In this document: positions 25,470 to 34,013 of the stretch, piece after piece
How positions within the stretch are numbered: position 1 is the first letter of the stretch
Layout of the letters: every line of letters begins with the position of its first letter
Origin: Sphingobacteriia bacterium
GTDB lineage: Bacteria > Bacteroidota > Bacteroidia > NS11-12g > UBA9320
Length of the DNA stretch: 58,853 bases
NCBI GenBank assembly: GCA_008080835.1
Contig: VMDK01000043.1
Coordinates: 1 to 58,853, forward strand
Direction: 5' to 3'
Translations under genes and position numbers: made by a program
Notes under the pieces: generated by a model
What the model saw: the letters and a program-made list of their open reading frames with translations, nothing else
The model's database searches: none
What the model was told of the DNA's origin: nothing

Positions 25470-26270
25470 ATGAACATTCAGAAGTACAACCAGCGCCTGT
25501 TGGCCATTCTAGGCTCGCTCGCGGTGATCGCCCTTGCGGTGGTCATGATAGTCAGTGCGGTCATTTTCATCAGCGATCTGATCCCTCGCAAAAGGAGAGC
25601 ATCCACGCCCTCCGGTATCGTGATCAACGAGAATCAAGTGGTGGACACGAATGCCTTTTCCCTTAAACAGGAGATCAGCATCATGGAACCGTATCAACTC
25701 GATTCGGCAAGTCCTGTTTTTATAATTCCAATTGGGCAAAAAGATCAAACGACGCGACGCACGAAAGTCCTCACCGGTGGTTTGAGTTTTTCGGGTGAAG
25801 TTGAGGACTATTATTATTCCAGTTTTACCGGATTGTACAACAATTTCGTTCTGATCGATTACACCAGAGATATCAAAAGGCCTGTGTTCGATTCTAAGAT
25901 CGCTCTTACGGAATGGGCGTACATGAAAGTCGATAATTCACAGTTGATCCTGTTCAAAGGGACCGCCAACGATCTGAATCAAGACGGGCGCTTAAACGAT
26001 GACGATTTTCAAAGTCTGTATGTCTTCAATATTGCAACCTTGGAGGTCAAGGAACTCAGTTTTGACAATCAAACCGTTCGGGAATTTGAACCACTGAGTA
26101 AGACCAGCAAGATCTATGTGCGCACAGGAATTGACCTAAATGGCGACAAGACATTCTCCTATTACAGCGAACCCACTGACCTGTATTTCTACGATGTGGC
26201 TACCGGCGAAAGTGAAACTCTAGTACCAGAAGATGTCAAGCGGGAGATCCAATCCATCCTCAGCGAATAG
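25470..26270 (+). CDS. hypothetical membrane-anchored protein
   Basis: One N-terminal TM helix (LLAILGSLAVIALAVVMIVSAVIFI) followed by a beta-rich domain. No family recognised. Confidence 0.6.
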   Translation: MNIQKYNQRLLAILGSLAVIALAVVMIVSAVIFISDLIPRKRRASTPSGIVINENQVVDTNAFSLKQEISIMEPYQLDSASPVFIIPIGQKDQTTRRTKVLTGGLSFSGEVEDYYYSSFTGLYNNFVLIDYTRDIKRPVFDSKIALTEWAYMKVDNSQLILFKGTANDLNQDGRLNDDDFQSLYVFNIATLEVKELSFDNQTVREFEPLSKTSKIYVRTGIDLNGDKTFSYYSEPTDLYFYDVATGESETLVPEDVKREIQSILSE

Positions 26271-26308
26271 GATTCTCGATTCGTATATTTACCGAACAAT
26301 CAAAACCA

Positions 26309-27058
26309 ATGAAACTACCTAAAGTAATCTTCGCAATTGCATCCCTTACCATTATTAGCAGTTGCGGAAATCAAGCAACGCAGACAGAGGAATCGGAAAG
26401 TGACGATCAGGTCATCTACGATACAGTCATGGTTGAATCCGCCATACTCACTCAGGAAGAACAACAATCGATGACTCCGGATGATGTCATGGAACTATTT
26501 CGCCGAGGGAATGAGCGTTTCACCAACAATGACCTCACGGCAAGAGATCATTCGGCACAGATCCGTCAAAGCGTAGGATGTCAATACCCCAAAGCGATCG
26601 TGTTGTCTTGCGTTGACAGTCGTGTGCCGGTAGAAGACGTATTCGACCGTGGTATCGGTGACATATTCGTAGCAAGAGTTGCCGGTAACTTCGTTAATGA
26701 AGACATTCTCGGAAGCATGGAATATGCGTGTAAGGTAGCAGGGTCTAAGCTGATCCTGGTGATGGGTCACGAGCACTGTGGAGCTGTAAAAGCAGCAGTG
26801 GACGACGTGAAGATGGGCAATATCACGCCTATGCTGGAGAAGATCAAACCGGCTGTGGATGATGTGGAATACGAAGGAGATCGAACATCAAAAAATCCCG
26901 AATTCGTACACAAAGTTTGCGAAAGCAATGTAGAGCATACGATCGCCAATATTCGAGCTCAAAGTGCGATCCTCAACGAACTGGAGACCAACGGCGACAT
27001 CAAGATCGTCGGCGCCACCTACGACATGGATACGGGTGAAGTTCATTTCATGGAATAA
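26309..27058 (+). CDS. beta-class carbonic anhydrase, lipoprotein form
   Basis: Lipobox (IISSCG). Zinc-ligand motifs CVDSRVP and GHEHCGAV. Confidence 0.9.
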   Translation: MKLPKVIFAIASLTIISSCGNQATQTEESESDDQVIYDTVMVESAILTQEEQQSMTPDDVMELFRRGNERFTNNDLTARDHSAQIRQSVGCQYPKAIVLSCVDSRVPVEDVFDRGIGDIFVARVAGNFVNEDILGSMEYACKVAGSKLILVMGHEHCGAVKAAVDDVKMGNITPMLEKIKPAVDDVEYEGDRTSKNPEFVHKVCESNVEHTIANIRAQSAILNELETNGDIKIVGATYDMDTGEVHFME

Positions 27059-27097
27059 AAAGCAGGCTAAAACTCTGTTTTAACTGAAAGCGGGAAC

Positions 27098-28207
27098 ATG
27101 AAATGCATCAGAACTTGCCTGAAAGGGCTATTTTTTCTTGTGCTGTTCGTTGAACAGAACCATGCCATTGCACAGTATGAATACGGCTTTCAGCAGGAAA
27201 TGTTCTTCATTCGACAACCCTCCGCTTCTGTAGAAGCTCTAGGCAGAGCGTTCGGAGCGAATGATGGAACGTTGTCGGCAATATTCTATAATCCGTCCGG
27301 ACTAGCATCCATCAAAGGGGCAAGTCTGTTTGTTGCCTCTTCATCCCCATATTACTTGTTAAAAGACTCGCGATATTATTTCAACGCCGCGGCATATCAT
27401 TTCAACCGTTACCTGACGGTTGGAATATCCACAAATACATATAAATCAGGCCAATACATTCAATTCACTGATGCCCAGGGCAACCCGATCCGAGGTGGAG
27501 AATATGGCATGGATGAGTATACTGTCAGCCTTGCATCCGAACCTATATCAGGTTAATTTGTCGGTCTGAACACCAATTACTACCTATGGAATGTGGGTGG
27601 ATATTCTGCGGAGAACGTCTATTTCGACTTTGGTGCGATCAAAAAAATCACCATCGGCAAGAATCCGAAACTTGTTCAATCTGCCTCAGTCGGAGTTGAC
27701 GTTTCAAATTTAAATAATGCTACTTTGACGTTGACGGTTGAACCGATCAATGCCACAGACCAACCACAAGATCTGACGAATCAATTACCGGTGATGAATC
27801 GGTATGGTGCGAATTACCAGATCGCATGGAACGAGGGAATTCTGTTCGACTCTCTTACTACTTTCAAATGCATGCTGGTGTTCGACTATCGGCATTTGTT
27901 GAACTCAGAATATTATAGTGGATACCGGTTAGGTGGAGAATTCACCGTGCTTGATATGCTGATCTTTCGGTTGGGAACTTTTGAGGAGAACCATTTCAAT
28001 TTTGGGTTCTCAGGCAACAAGACTCTCATCAGTGACTTCACTTATGGATTTGGACTGCAAGTTCCGTTGCACAAGATCACCAAGGTCCCGGTTCAATTAA
28101 ATATAGACTACACCTCATTACCGCAAGTGAGTTTCAGAAAATCAACTTCGGACCACGAAAACTTCACTTCGCTCAATTTTGGATTATCATTGATCCCGAA
28201 TAATTGA
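27098..28207 (+). pseudogene. outer-membrane beta-barrel protein interrupted by one in-frame TAA (27554-27556)
   Basis: ORFs 27098-27556 (with signal peptide) and 27593-28207 are in the same frame, separated by a single stop. Read-through gives a continuous alternating beta-strand pattern (...SLASEPISG*FVGLNTNYYLWNVGGYSAENVYFDFG...). Confidence 0.7.
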
Positions 28208-28212
28208 ATCAA

Positions 28213-28764
28213 ATGACCAATTCGATCCTGCGAATCAAATACAAACTCTCTGAGGAAGACTACCTCCAATTCCTGCTATACGCCACCGATCAGATGCCGA
28301 GAACGGCGCGCAAAGTATTGAACGGAAGAATCGGGGTCACAGTCACCTTTCTCATCCTGGGTTGGCTCATGTATTCGAATAATAAGGAGGAGCTTTTTCT
28401 ACCCATTTACTTCTGGGTAATGGCTGTTGTCTCAGCATTCTTCTACAAGAAATATTTCAAATGGCGATATCAAAAACATTTCCGAAAACACGTCAGGGAA
28501 ACCTATCAAGGCAGGATCGGAAAAGAAGCCACGTTGGAGATCGGTGAAGAGGAGATCATTACGGAAGACCCAACGGGCGAAGGCAAGATCAAGATCTCTG
28601 AGATCGAAGCGGTTAACGAAACATCGGAACACTTCTTCCTGAAAATGAGTAATGGAATGAGCATTATTATTCCAAAGCGTTCAGAGCTAAACCCTTCTCA
28701 AGTTCGAGATACGCTCATGGCACGTGGGTTGAAGATCGAGGATTTCCACGGATGGAAATGGTGA
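28213..28764 (+). CDS. YcxB-like membrane protein
   Basis: Two adjacent TM helices followed by a soluble domain (EATLEIGEEEIITEDPTGEGKIKISEIEAVNETSEHFFLKMSNGMSIIIPK), as in YcxB-family proteins. I prefer the ATG at 28213. Confidence 0.65.
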   Translation: MTNSILRIKYKLSEEDYLQFLLYATDQMPRTARKVLNGRIGVTVTFLILGWLMYSNNKEELFLPIYFWVMAVVSAFFYKKYFKWRYQKHFRKHVRETYQGRIGKEATLEIGEEEIITEDPTGEGKIKISEIEAVNETSEHFFLKMSNGMSIIIPKRSELNPSQVRDTLMARGLKIEDFHGWKW

Positions 28765-28776
28765 AATTGAGGGAGA

Positions 28777-28793
28777 GCGCGAGCACGGGCATG
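28777..28793. repeat. left arm of the 17-bp perfect inverted repeat flanking the four-helix-bundle gene
   Basis: GCGCGAGCACGGGCATG is the exact reverse complement of 29304-29320. Confidence 0.9.
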
Positions 28794-28823
28794 TCCGCGG
28801 GTATTGGGCATTTCGCATTGGTG

Positions 28824-29168
28824 TCATTCCAGACTTCGTATGGTTGCTAAGAGCATTTTTGATAATGTTTCGAAATCTGAATAGAATTTCCCTTTTGTTT
28901 CCTCATTGATCATCTTGTTCATACAGAGAAAATCAAGAATGGCCACACACTCAAACAACGATCCCCTGGACATAATATAGAATCTTCGCTTGTCCTTCGA
29001 AGAAAAACGTCCAGAACCTTCTGCTATGTTGAGCATTACACTGAGGGACGCCCGTCTGAGTTGATAACTGGATACCCTATCGAAGTCCTCTTTCCGCATT
29101 AAATGGACAACGCGCGAATTCAGATCCCGGGCGCGCTGATAAACTTTAAGATTCTCAAAGTCGAACAT
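28824..29168 (-). CDS. four-helix bundle protein (23S rRNA intervening-sequence protein family)
   Basis: MFDFENLKVYQRARDL...LRRASLSVMLNIAEGSGRFSSKDKRRFYIMSRGSLFEC carries the family hallmark (NIAEG...F...ARGS..E). Confidence 0.9.
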   Translation of the reverse strand: MFDFENLKVYQRARDLNSRVVHLMRKEDFDRVSSYQLRRASLSVMLNIAEGSGRFSSKDKRRFYIMSRGSLFECVAILDFLCMNKMINEETKGKFYSDFETLSKMLLATIRSLE

Positions 29169-29303
29169 CGTTCTTTATTCAAACTTCGAGTGTAACCCAC
29201 ATGCATCGAACTTATGCGAATTAAAATTGAATCTGTCTCCATCGCTTCCAATTGCCCTCCCCATGCAAGAGATCCTAAATCAATAGACACCCCAATTCTT
29301 GCT

Positions 29304-29320
29304 CATGCCCGTGCTCGCGC
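29304..29320. repeat. right arm of the 17-bp perfect inverted repeat
   Basis: CATGCCCGTGCTCGCGC. A second helical segment pairs CCCAATTC (29291-29298) with GTATTGGG (28801-28808) at 7 of 8 positions. Confidence 0.9.
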
Positions 29321-29367
29321 ACCAAAGGACTTCCGCCTGTCCCGTATGTGACAGTTTGAATTTAATA

Positions 29368-29604
29368 TTAGATATTTGGCAATGCATCAAAAGCTGCCTT
29401 TCGCTCGGTGAACCATGCGCTCATCGCATTGGGATCTTTCATCAGGTCCTGCATTTTGTGCATGGCTTCCAAATGAGGAGCATCACCTTGTTGCATCATT
29501 TCCATTCCATGCTGTCGGCTGAGTTGAGCCATCTGATCAAAGGAATCGGCCTGAAACTCTACGTCGCAGGCACCACCAAGATCCCTACAGGTCATCTTTT
29601 TCAT
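29368..29604 (-). CDS. DUF1059 domain protein
   Basis: MKKMTCRDLGGACDVEFQADSFDQMAQLSRQHGMEM is the typical DUF1059 N-terminus. I prefer the ATG at 29604. Confidence 0.85.
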   Translation of the reverse strand: MKKMTCRDLGGACDVEFQADSFDQMAQLSRQHGMEMMQQGDAPHLEAMHKMQDLMKDPNAMSAWFTERKAAFDALPNI

Positions 29605-29637
29605 ATGCACAAGATCGTGAATCTTATGCAGAATCCA

Positions 29638-30084
29638 TCAATGTGCCGTCACTTCAAGAGCGATATCAACGGCAGACAGCGCTTGAGAAACCGGACAACT
29701 TGCTTTCGCTGCGTTAGCTAACTTTTCGAGTTCGGCGTGATCGATACCCGGCACCTTCGCATCAAGCTTCAGAGTGATCTTGGCGATCGTATAGTCATAG
29801 CCTTGTTGATCCATCACAAGCACTGCCTCAGTCGACAGTTCCTCGGCAGTGAACCCTGCTCCGTTGATCATAAAGCTCAGAGCCATGTTGAAGCACGCCG
29901 CATGCGCAGCAGCGATCAGCTCTTCAGGATTTGTTCCAGTGGTCCCCTCTTCATTCTGAAATCGGGTTTTGTGCGTATAAGGCATATCCGTGATGGCCCC
30001 ACTTCTAGTGGTCATGGATCCATTCCCTTCAAGTCCGGTTCCTTTCCAGACTGCCTTTGCGGTTCGTTTGTGAGATGTTAGCAT
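29638..30084 (-). CDS. osmC: OsmC/Ohr family peroxiredoxin-like protein
   Basis: KRTAKAVWKGTGLEGNGSMTT...GTNPEELIAAAHAACF...ASCPVSQAL match the OsmC pattern. 148 aa from the internal ATG at 30084. There is no stop codon between this gene and the upstream four-helix-bundle coding region. Confidence 0.85.
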   Translation of the reverse strand: MLTSHKRTAKAVWKGTGLEGNGSMTTRSGAITDMPYTHKTRFQNEEGTTGTNPEELIAAAHAACFNMALSFMINGAGFTAEELSTEAVLVMDQQGYDYTIAKITLKLDAKVPGIDHAELEKLANAAKASCPVSQALSAVDIALEVTAH

Positions 30085-30483
30085 GGAAGGAGAACACTGC
30101 GCAACGCAAATTAGTTTGCCCGTACCCTTGCCCATTAGGCACTCCAACCTACGGATCATTGCAAAGAGCATTTTAGAGAGTTCTTCGAGGTGGGCGTATA
30201 GAGATTGTCTTACTTTCTCATTGATCGTCTTTGTCAATACCATAAAATCTATGATTGCAACACATTCAAACACGGATCCACGAGCAATAACGTAGAATCT
30301 GCGACGATCGCGATCAGAGAATCTGCCAGATCCTTCGGCAATATTCAAGATGATACTGAAGGAAGCCCTTCGAAGCTGATCACGAGTCACCGAATCTAAA
30401 GTATCGCTTTTAGTCAACCCCAAAAATCTGACATTAAGCTCGCGTGCTTTCTGATAAACCTTCAGCTGCTCAAAATCAAACAT
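30085..30483 (-). CDS. second four-helix bundle protein paralogue lacking its own stop; reads in frame into osmC (whole ORF 29638-30483)
   Basis: MFDFEQLKVYQKARELN...NIAEGSGRFSDRDRRRFYVIARGSVFEC...MIRRLE is ~60% identical to the 28824-29168 product. The paralogue ends GAA TGA; this copy reads GAG TGC at 30139-30141, then a 19-codon linker, then the osmC ATG. Confidence 0.75.
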
Positions 30484-30733
30484 GATTTGCATGTTGTCTT
30501 GTACCTTGTGAAGGTATTGATCGGGATAATATATTTGGTGATAATGGCTTTGATATTCCTCAAATGATAACAAATCATCTCCAAGCGTCAAGAGTGAGTA
30601 CAAAAAAAATCCCACCACAGTGGGACTTAGAATTTTTCTCAGGGTGAGTGTGAGCCTGAGTAATGAGGGAAAAACACTTTTCGCTACTCTTATCTCGCCT
30701 CTGGCTCAATACTCGCGCTCAAACTGTTTTTAG

Positions 30734-30806
30734 TGGTGTGGGGCGGAATCGAACCGCCGACACATGGATTTTCAGTCCATTGCTCTACCAACTGAGCTAC
30801 CGCACC
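30734..30806 (-). tRNA. tRNA-Phe (anticodon GAA)
   Basis: 73-nt cloverleaf GGTGCGGTAGCTCAGTTGGTAGAGCAATGGACTGAAAATCCATGTGTCGGCGGTTCGATTCCGCCCCACACCA. D-, anticodon- and T-arms are canonical. CCA is not encoded. One C5-A68 mismatch lies in the acceptor stem. Confidence 0.92.
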
Positions 30807-31049
30807 TAATAATGTTTCGCTGATGTCTCAGCGAAGGTGGTCAACTGCTTGTCCGCCGTAGTGAAACGAAGGAGGAAGCTACCATACCTCCATGCCTTTT
30901 TTCAAAGGGTGTGCAAAGATATTCCCTTTTTTGAATCGGAGAAAAGCTGTGGCTCTATTTTTTTACTGCCTGAAATACTATGCACATGCGGGTAAAATTC
31001 AATGAGCTCTTCCCTTTGGCTCTGTGGTTCATTGAGTATATTCGCCTTG

Positions 31050-32369
31050 ATGCAGTTAGTCCCGCAAATCATATTCGCCATCATTTTGGGCGCAGGTATT
31101 TACCTCTTCTCGAAGAATGTAGGTACCATACGAAAGAATATACTCTCTGGCCGCGATGAAGATCGCTCCGACAGGAAGTCGGATCGCTGGATGACCATGC
31201 TACGTGTGGCATTCGGACAATCCAAAATGGCCGTTCGACCAATTCCGGCCATACTCCACTTCATCGTTTATGCAGGCTTCATCCTCATCAACATCGAAGT
31301 ACTGGAGATCATCATCGATGGGCTCTTTGGGACTCACCGCGTGCTGGATGTGCTCGGACCTGTCTATGATGCTGCAATTGGCTTCTTTGAAGTACTGGCT
31401 GTATTAGTCTTGATTTCATGTGTCCTGTTCCTCACTCGTCGATTCATCGCGCGTATTTCCAGATTTCACTCTCCTGAGATGAAGGGGTGGCCTACAAAAG
31501 ACGCTACCAATATCCTGGTCATCGAGATCGTACTGATGCTGGCATTGCTGATCATGAATGCGGCCGACTACACCCTGCAACAACACGGGGCCGATCACTA
31601 TTCAAGTTCGGGAGCTTTCCCGGTAAGTAGTATGCTATTCCCGATGTTCGACGGAATGTCCGACGGCACGCTCATTGCCATTGAACGAATAGCCTGGTGG
31701 TTCCATATCATCGGAATATTGGCATTCCTCAATTACCTGCCTTTTTCCAAGCATTTTCATATCATTCTCGCCTTCCCGAATACCTACTATTCCAAACTGA
31801 AACCCGCAGGTGAGCTTCCGAATATGGAATCTGTCACCAACGAGGTGAAGATGATGATGGGTATGCCGGTCGAAGGGGCAGAAGACGCACCTCCTCCGGA
31901 GAGCTTTGGCGCCAAGGATGTCAACGACCTGACTTGGACCAATCTCATGAATGCATACTCCTGTACTGAATGTGGCAGGTGCACAAGTGTTTGTCCGGCT
32001 AACCAGACCGGCAAATTGCTCTCCCCGCGTAAGGTCATGATGGATACCCGCGACAGACTCGAAGAATTCGGGAAGATCCGTGACGGTAAATTGGAGAATG
32101 ACGAATCGAAGAACTTACACAGCTATATCAGCGAGGAGGAACTCTGGGCATGCACATCGTGTAATGCCTGTACGGATGCCTGTCCTGTGAACATAGACCC
32201 TCTCGACATCATCATGCAAATGCGACAGTATCTGGTCATGGAACAAAGTAGCGCCCCTCAGGAGCTGAACATGATGTTCACCAATATGGAGAACAACGGC
32301 GCTCCATGGCAGTTCCCACCTTCGGACAGGGACCAATGGAAAAACGACCTTACAACCAACCAAGCATAA
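31050..32369 (+). CDS. membrane-bound (Fe-S)-binding protein, HdrC/DsrK-like ferredoxin domain fused to a multi-pass membrane domain
   Basis: About 5-6 TM helices are followed by two 4Fe-4S motifs (CTECGRCTSVCP and CTSCNACTDACP). I prefer the ATG at 31050 (MQLVPQIIFAI). Confidence 0.85.
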   Translation: MQLVPQIIFAIILGAGIYLFSKNVGTIRKNILSGRDEDRSDRKSDRWMTMLRVAFGQSKMAVRPIPAILHFIVYAGFILINIEVLEIIIDGLFGTHRVLDVLGPVYDAAIGFFEVLAVLVLISCVLFLTRRFIARISRFHSPEMKGWPTKDATNILVIEIVLMLALLIMNAADYTLQQHGADHYSSSGAFPVSSMLFPMFDGMSDGTLIAIERIAWWFHIIGILAFLNYLPFSKHFHIILAFPNTYYSKLKPAGELPNMESVTNEVKMMMGMPVEGAEDAPPPESFGAKDVNDLTWTNLMNAYSCTECGRCTSVCPANQTGKLLSPRKVMMDTRDRLEEFGKIRDGKLENDESKNLHSYISEEELWACTSCNACTDACPVNIDPLDIIMQMRQYLVMEQSSAPQELNMMFTNMENNGAPWQFPPSDRDQWKNDLTTNQA

Positions 32370-32379
32370 ACCACGAACC

Positions 32380-32796
32380 ATGAGTACACTTAAAAAGCAC
32401 GAAAAGGACGGAGAAATTCTCAGTCCGGTCTTGAAAGACGGAGTGGTCAACTACATGATCGACATCGACGGTACGATCACCGACGATGTCCCGAATGAAG
32501 ATCCCCAGCGGATGAAAGTCGTGAAACCATACGATGGTGCGGTTGAGATCTGTAACAAATGGTATGATGAAGGGCATATCATTACCTTCTTTACCAGTCG
32601 GACCGAAGACCTGCGCGCGATCACCGAAAACTGGCTGATCGAGAACGGTTTCAAGTTCCACCACATCCTCATGAACAAACCAAGGGGAGGGAACTACCAT
32701 TGGATCGACAATCACAAAGTGAAAGCCACACGGTTCAAAGGAAAATTCACGGAATTCGTCACTAAGAACAAACCCATTCAGGTATTCGAAGATTAA
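32380..32796 (+). CDS. small HAD-superfamily phosphatase-like protein
   Basis: HAD motif I DIDGTITDD, motif II-like FFTSRT, and a Lys/Asp-containing C-terminal motif (NKPRGGNYHWIDN). Confidence 0.65.
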   Translation: MSTLKKHEKDGEILSPVLKDGVVNYMIDIDGTITDDVPNEDPQRMKVVKPYDGAVEICNKWYDEGHIITFFTSRTEDLRAITENWLIENGFKFHHILMNKPRGGNYHWIDNHKVKATRFKGKFTEFVTKNKPIQVFED

Positions 32797-32799
32797 TAG

Positions 32800-33201
32800 A
32801 TGTTCTGGTTCTTCAACATAGCGCTCTTTTTAGCCTCGGCTATAGCTGCGGAGAATCTGCTTTCACGCAAATTCCCAAAAAGCGCTAGCCGAATTGAAGA
32901 CATCCGACCATACAGAAGTCTGATCGGAACAGTGATATTCTTTATTGGACTATTCGGTTTGATCGACCTCCTCTTCAGTCACTACAGATTCTTCTGGCGA
33001 CTGTTAAGCGCAGCAGTGATGATAGGGATCGGATTTGTGCAGGGATTCGTGAATATCTCTGCTATACATCGCAGTCTCGGATTGAAATGGGACATTAATC
33101 GCCGGTTCGAGCAACTGGCAAAAAATCAGGAAACGCTCGGTATCATCGGCTTGATCGTTGTTGCGTTCAATATACTCCGACGTTTCAGCATAATTTTCTA
33201 A
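32800..33201 (+). CDS. hypothetical membrane protein
   Basis: 133 aa with four hydrophobic segments, tightly packed between flanking genes. Confidence 0.6.
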   Translation: MFWFFNIALFLASAIAAENLLSRKFPKSASRIEDIRPYRSLIGTVIFFIGLFGLIDLLFSHYRFFWRLLSAAVMIGIGFVQGFVNISAIHRSLGLKWDINRRFEQLAKNQETLGIIGLIVVAFNILRRFSIIF

Positions 33202-33205
33202 ATAC

Positions 33206-34006
33206 ATGTCAGAAAGTAATACACCGATAAAAGTACCGACCATGGCCGAAATGGCCGCAAAAGGAGAAGCACCCGAAGTGCTGTTCTGGGTAGGTTGTGC
33301 AGGTAGCTTCGATGAACGAGCACAGAAGATCACCAAAGCCATGGTGAAGATCCTGCATCATACCGGGATTTCATTTGCCATACTAGGTCAAGAAGAAAGT
33401 TGCACCGGTGACCCTGCTAAACGTGCGGGAAATGAATTCCTCTTTCAAATGCAGGCAATGAACAATATTGCTGTGTTGAATGGTTATGATATCAAGAAGA
33501 TCGTAACGGCGTGTCCACATTGCTTCAATACGTTGAAGAATGAATACCCTGCACTTGGAGGTGAATACGAGGTGGTACATCACACCCAATTCCTCCAGGA
33601 GCTGATCGACTCGGGACGATTGACAGTCTCAGGTGGTGCCTTCAAAGGAAAGAAGATCACCTACCACGATAGCTGTTATCTGGGTCGGGCAAATGGAGTT
33701 TATGAGGCCCCGAGAAAGGTGCTTCAGGCTCTTGATGCAGAATTGAAAGAAATGAAGCGCTGCAAAGCAAAAGGGCTTTGTTGTGGAGCAGGTGGAGCGC
33801 AGATGTTCAAAGAAGCCGAAAAGGGTGACAAAGAGATCAATATCGAACGCGCTGAAGAAGCACTTGAAACAGGCGCTTCGGTTATCGCGGCGAACTGTCC
33901 GTTCTGTATGACCATGATGCGCGACGGTGTAAAGAATTTTAACAAAGAAGACGAAGTAGAAGTCCTCGATCTGGCAGAATTGGTAGCCCGAGCAGAGGAT
34001 CTTTAA
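33206..34006 (+). CDS. (Fe-S)-binding protein with two cysteine-rich CCG domains (HdrB/GlpC/LutA-like)
   Basis: CCG-type cysteine patterns (VGCAGSFD...CTGDP...CPHC and DSCYLGR...CCGAGG...CPFC). Confidence 0.85.
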   Translation: MSESNTPIKVPTMAEMAAKGEAPEVLFWVGCAGSFDERAQKITKAMVKILHHTGISFAILGQEESCTGDPAKRAGNEFLFQMQAMNNIAVLNGYDIKKIVTACPHCFNTLKNEYPALGGEYEVVHHTQFLQELIDSGRLTVSGGAFKGKKITYHDSCYLGRANGVYEAPRKVLQALDAELKEMKRCKAKGLCCGAGGAQMFKEAEKGDKEINIERAEEALETGASVIAANCPFCMTMMRDGVKNFNKEDEVEVLDLAELVARAEDL

Positions 34007-34013
34007 AAGCAAT

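Noticed and set aside
29299-29721. 140-aa plus-strand ORF across DUF1059 and the osmC 3' end
   Set aside because: It is antisense to two genes with clear family signatures and spans the right inverted-repeat arm. No motif recognised.
28824-30483. Diversity-generating retroelement (four-helix-bundle proteins resemble Avd accessory proteins)
   Set aside because: There is no reverse transcriptase gene, no template/variable repeat pair and no adenine-specific mismatch pattern anywhere in the window.
28765-30806. Classical tRNA-targeted genomic island with an att direct repeat
   Set aside because: I found no copy of the tRNA-Phe 3' half (GGTTCGATTCCGCC...) elsewhere in 28.7-30.7 kb, and no integrase gene. 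Only the weaker 'islet' observation was kept.
30807-31049. Possible small RNA or SRP-like RNA, and hairpin TTCGCTGA-tgtc-TCAGCGAA (30816-30835), in the tRNA-Phe / Fe-S gene divergent region
   Set aside because: The 8-bp hairpin is real, but there is no match to the SRP, 6S, RNase P or tmRNA consensus motifs that I can recognise. It is most simply part of the tRNA 5' leader or promoter region.
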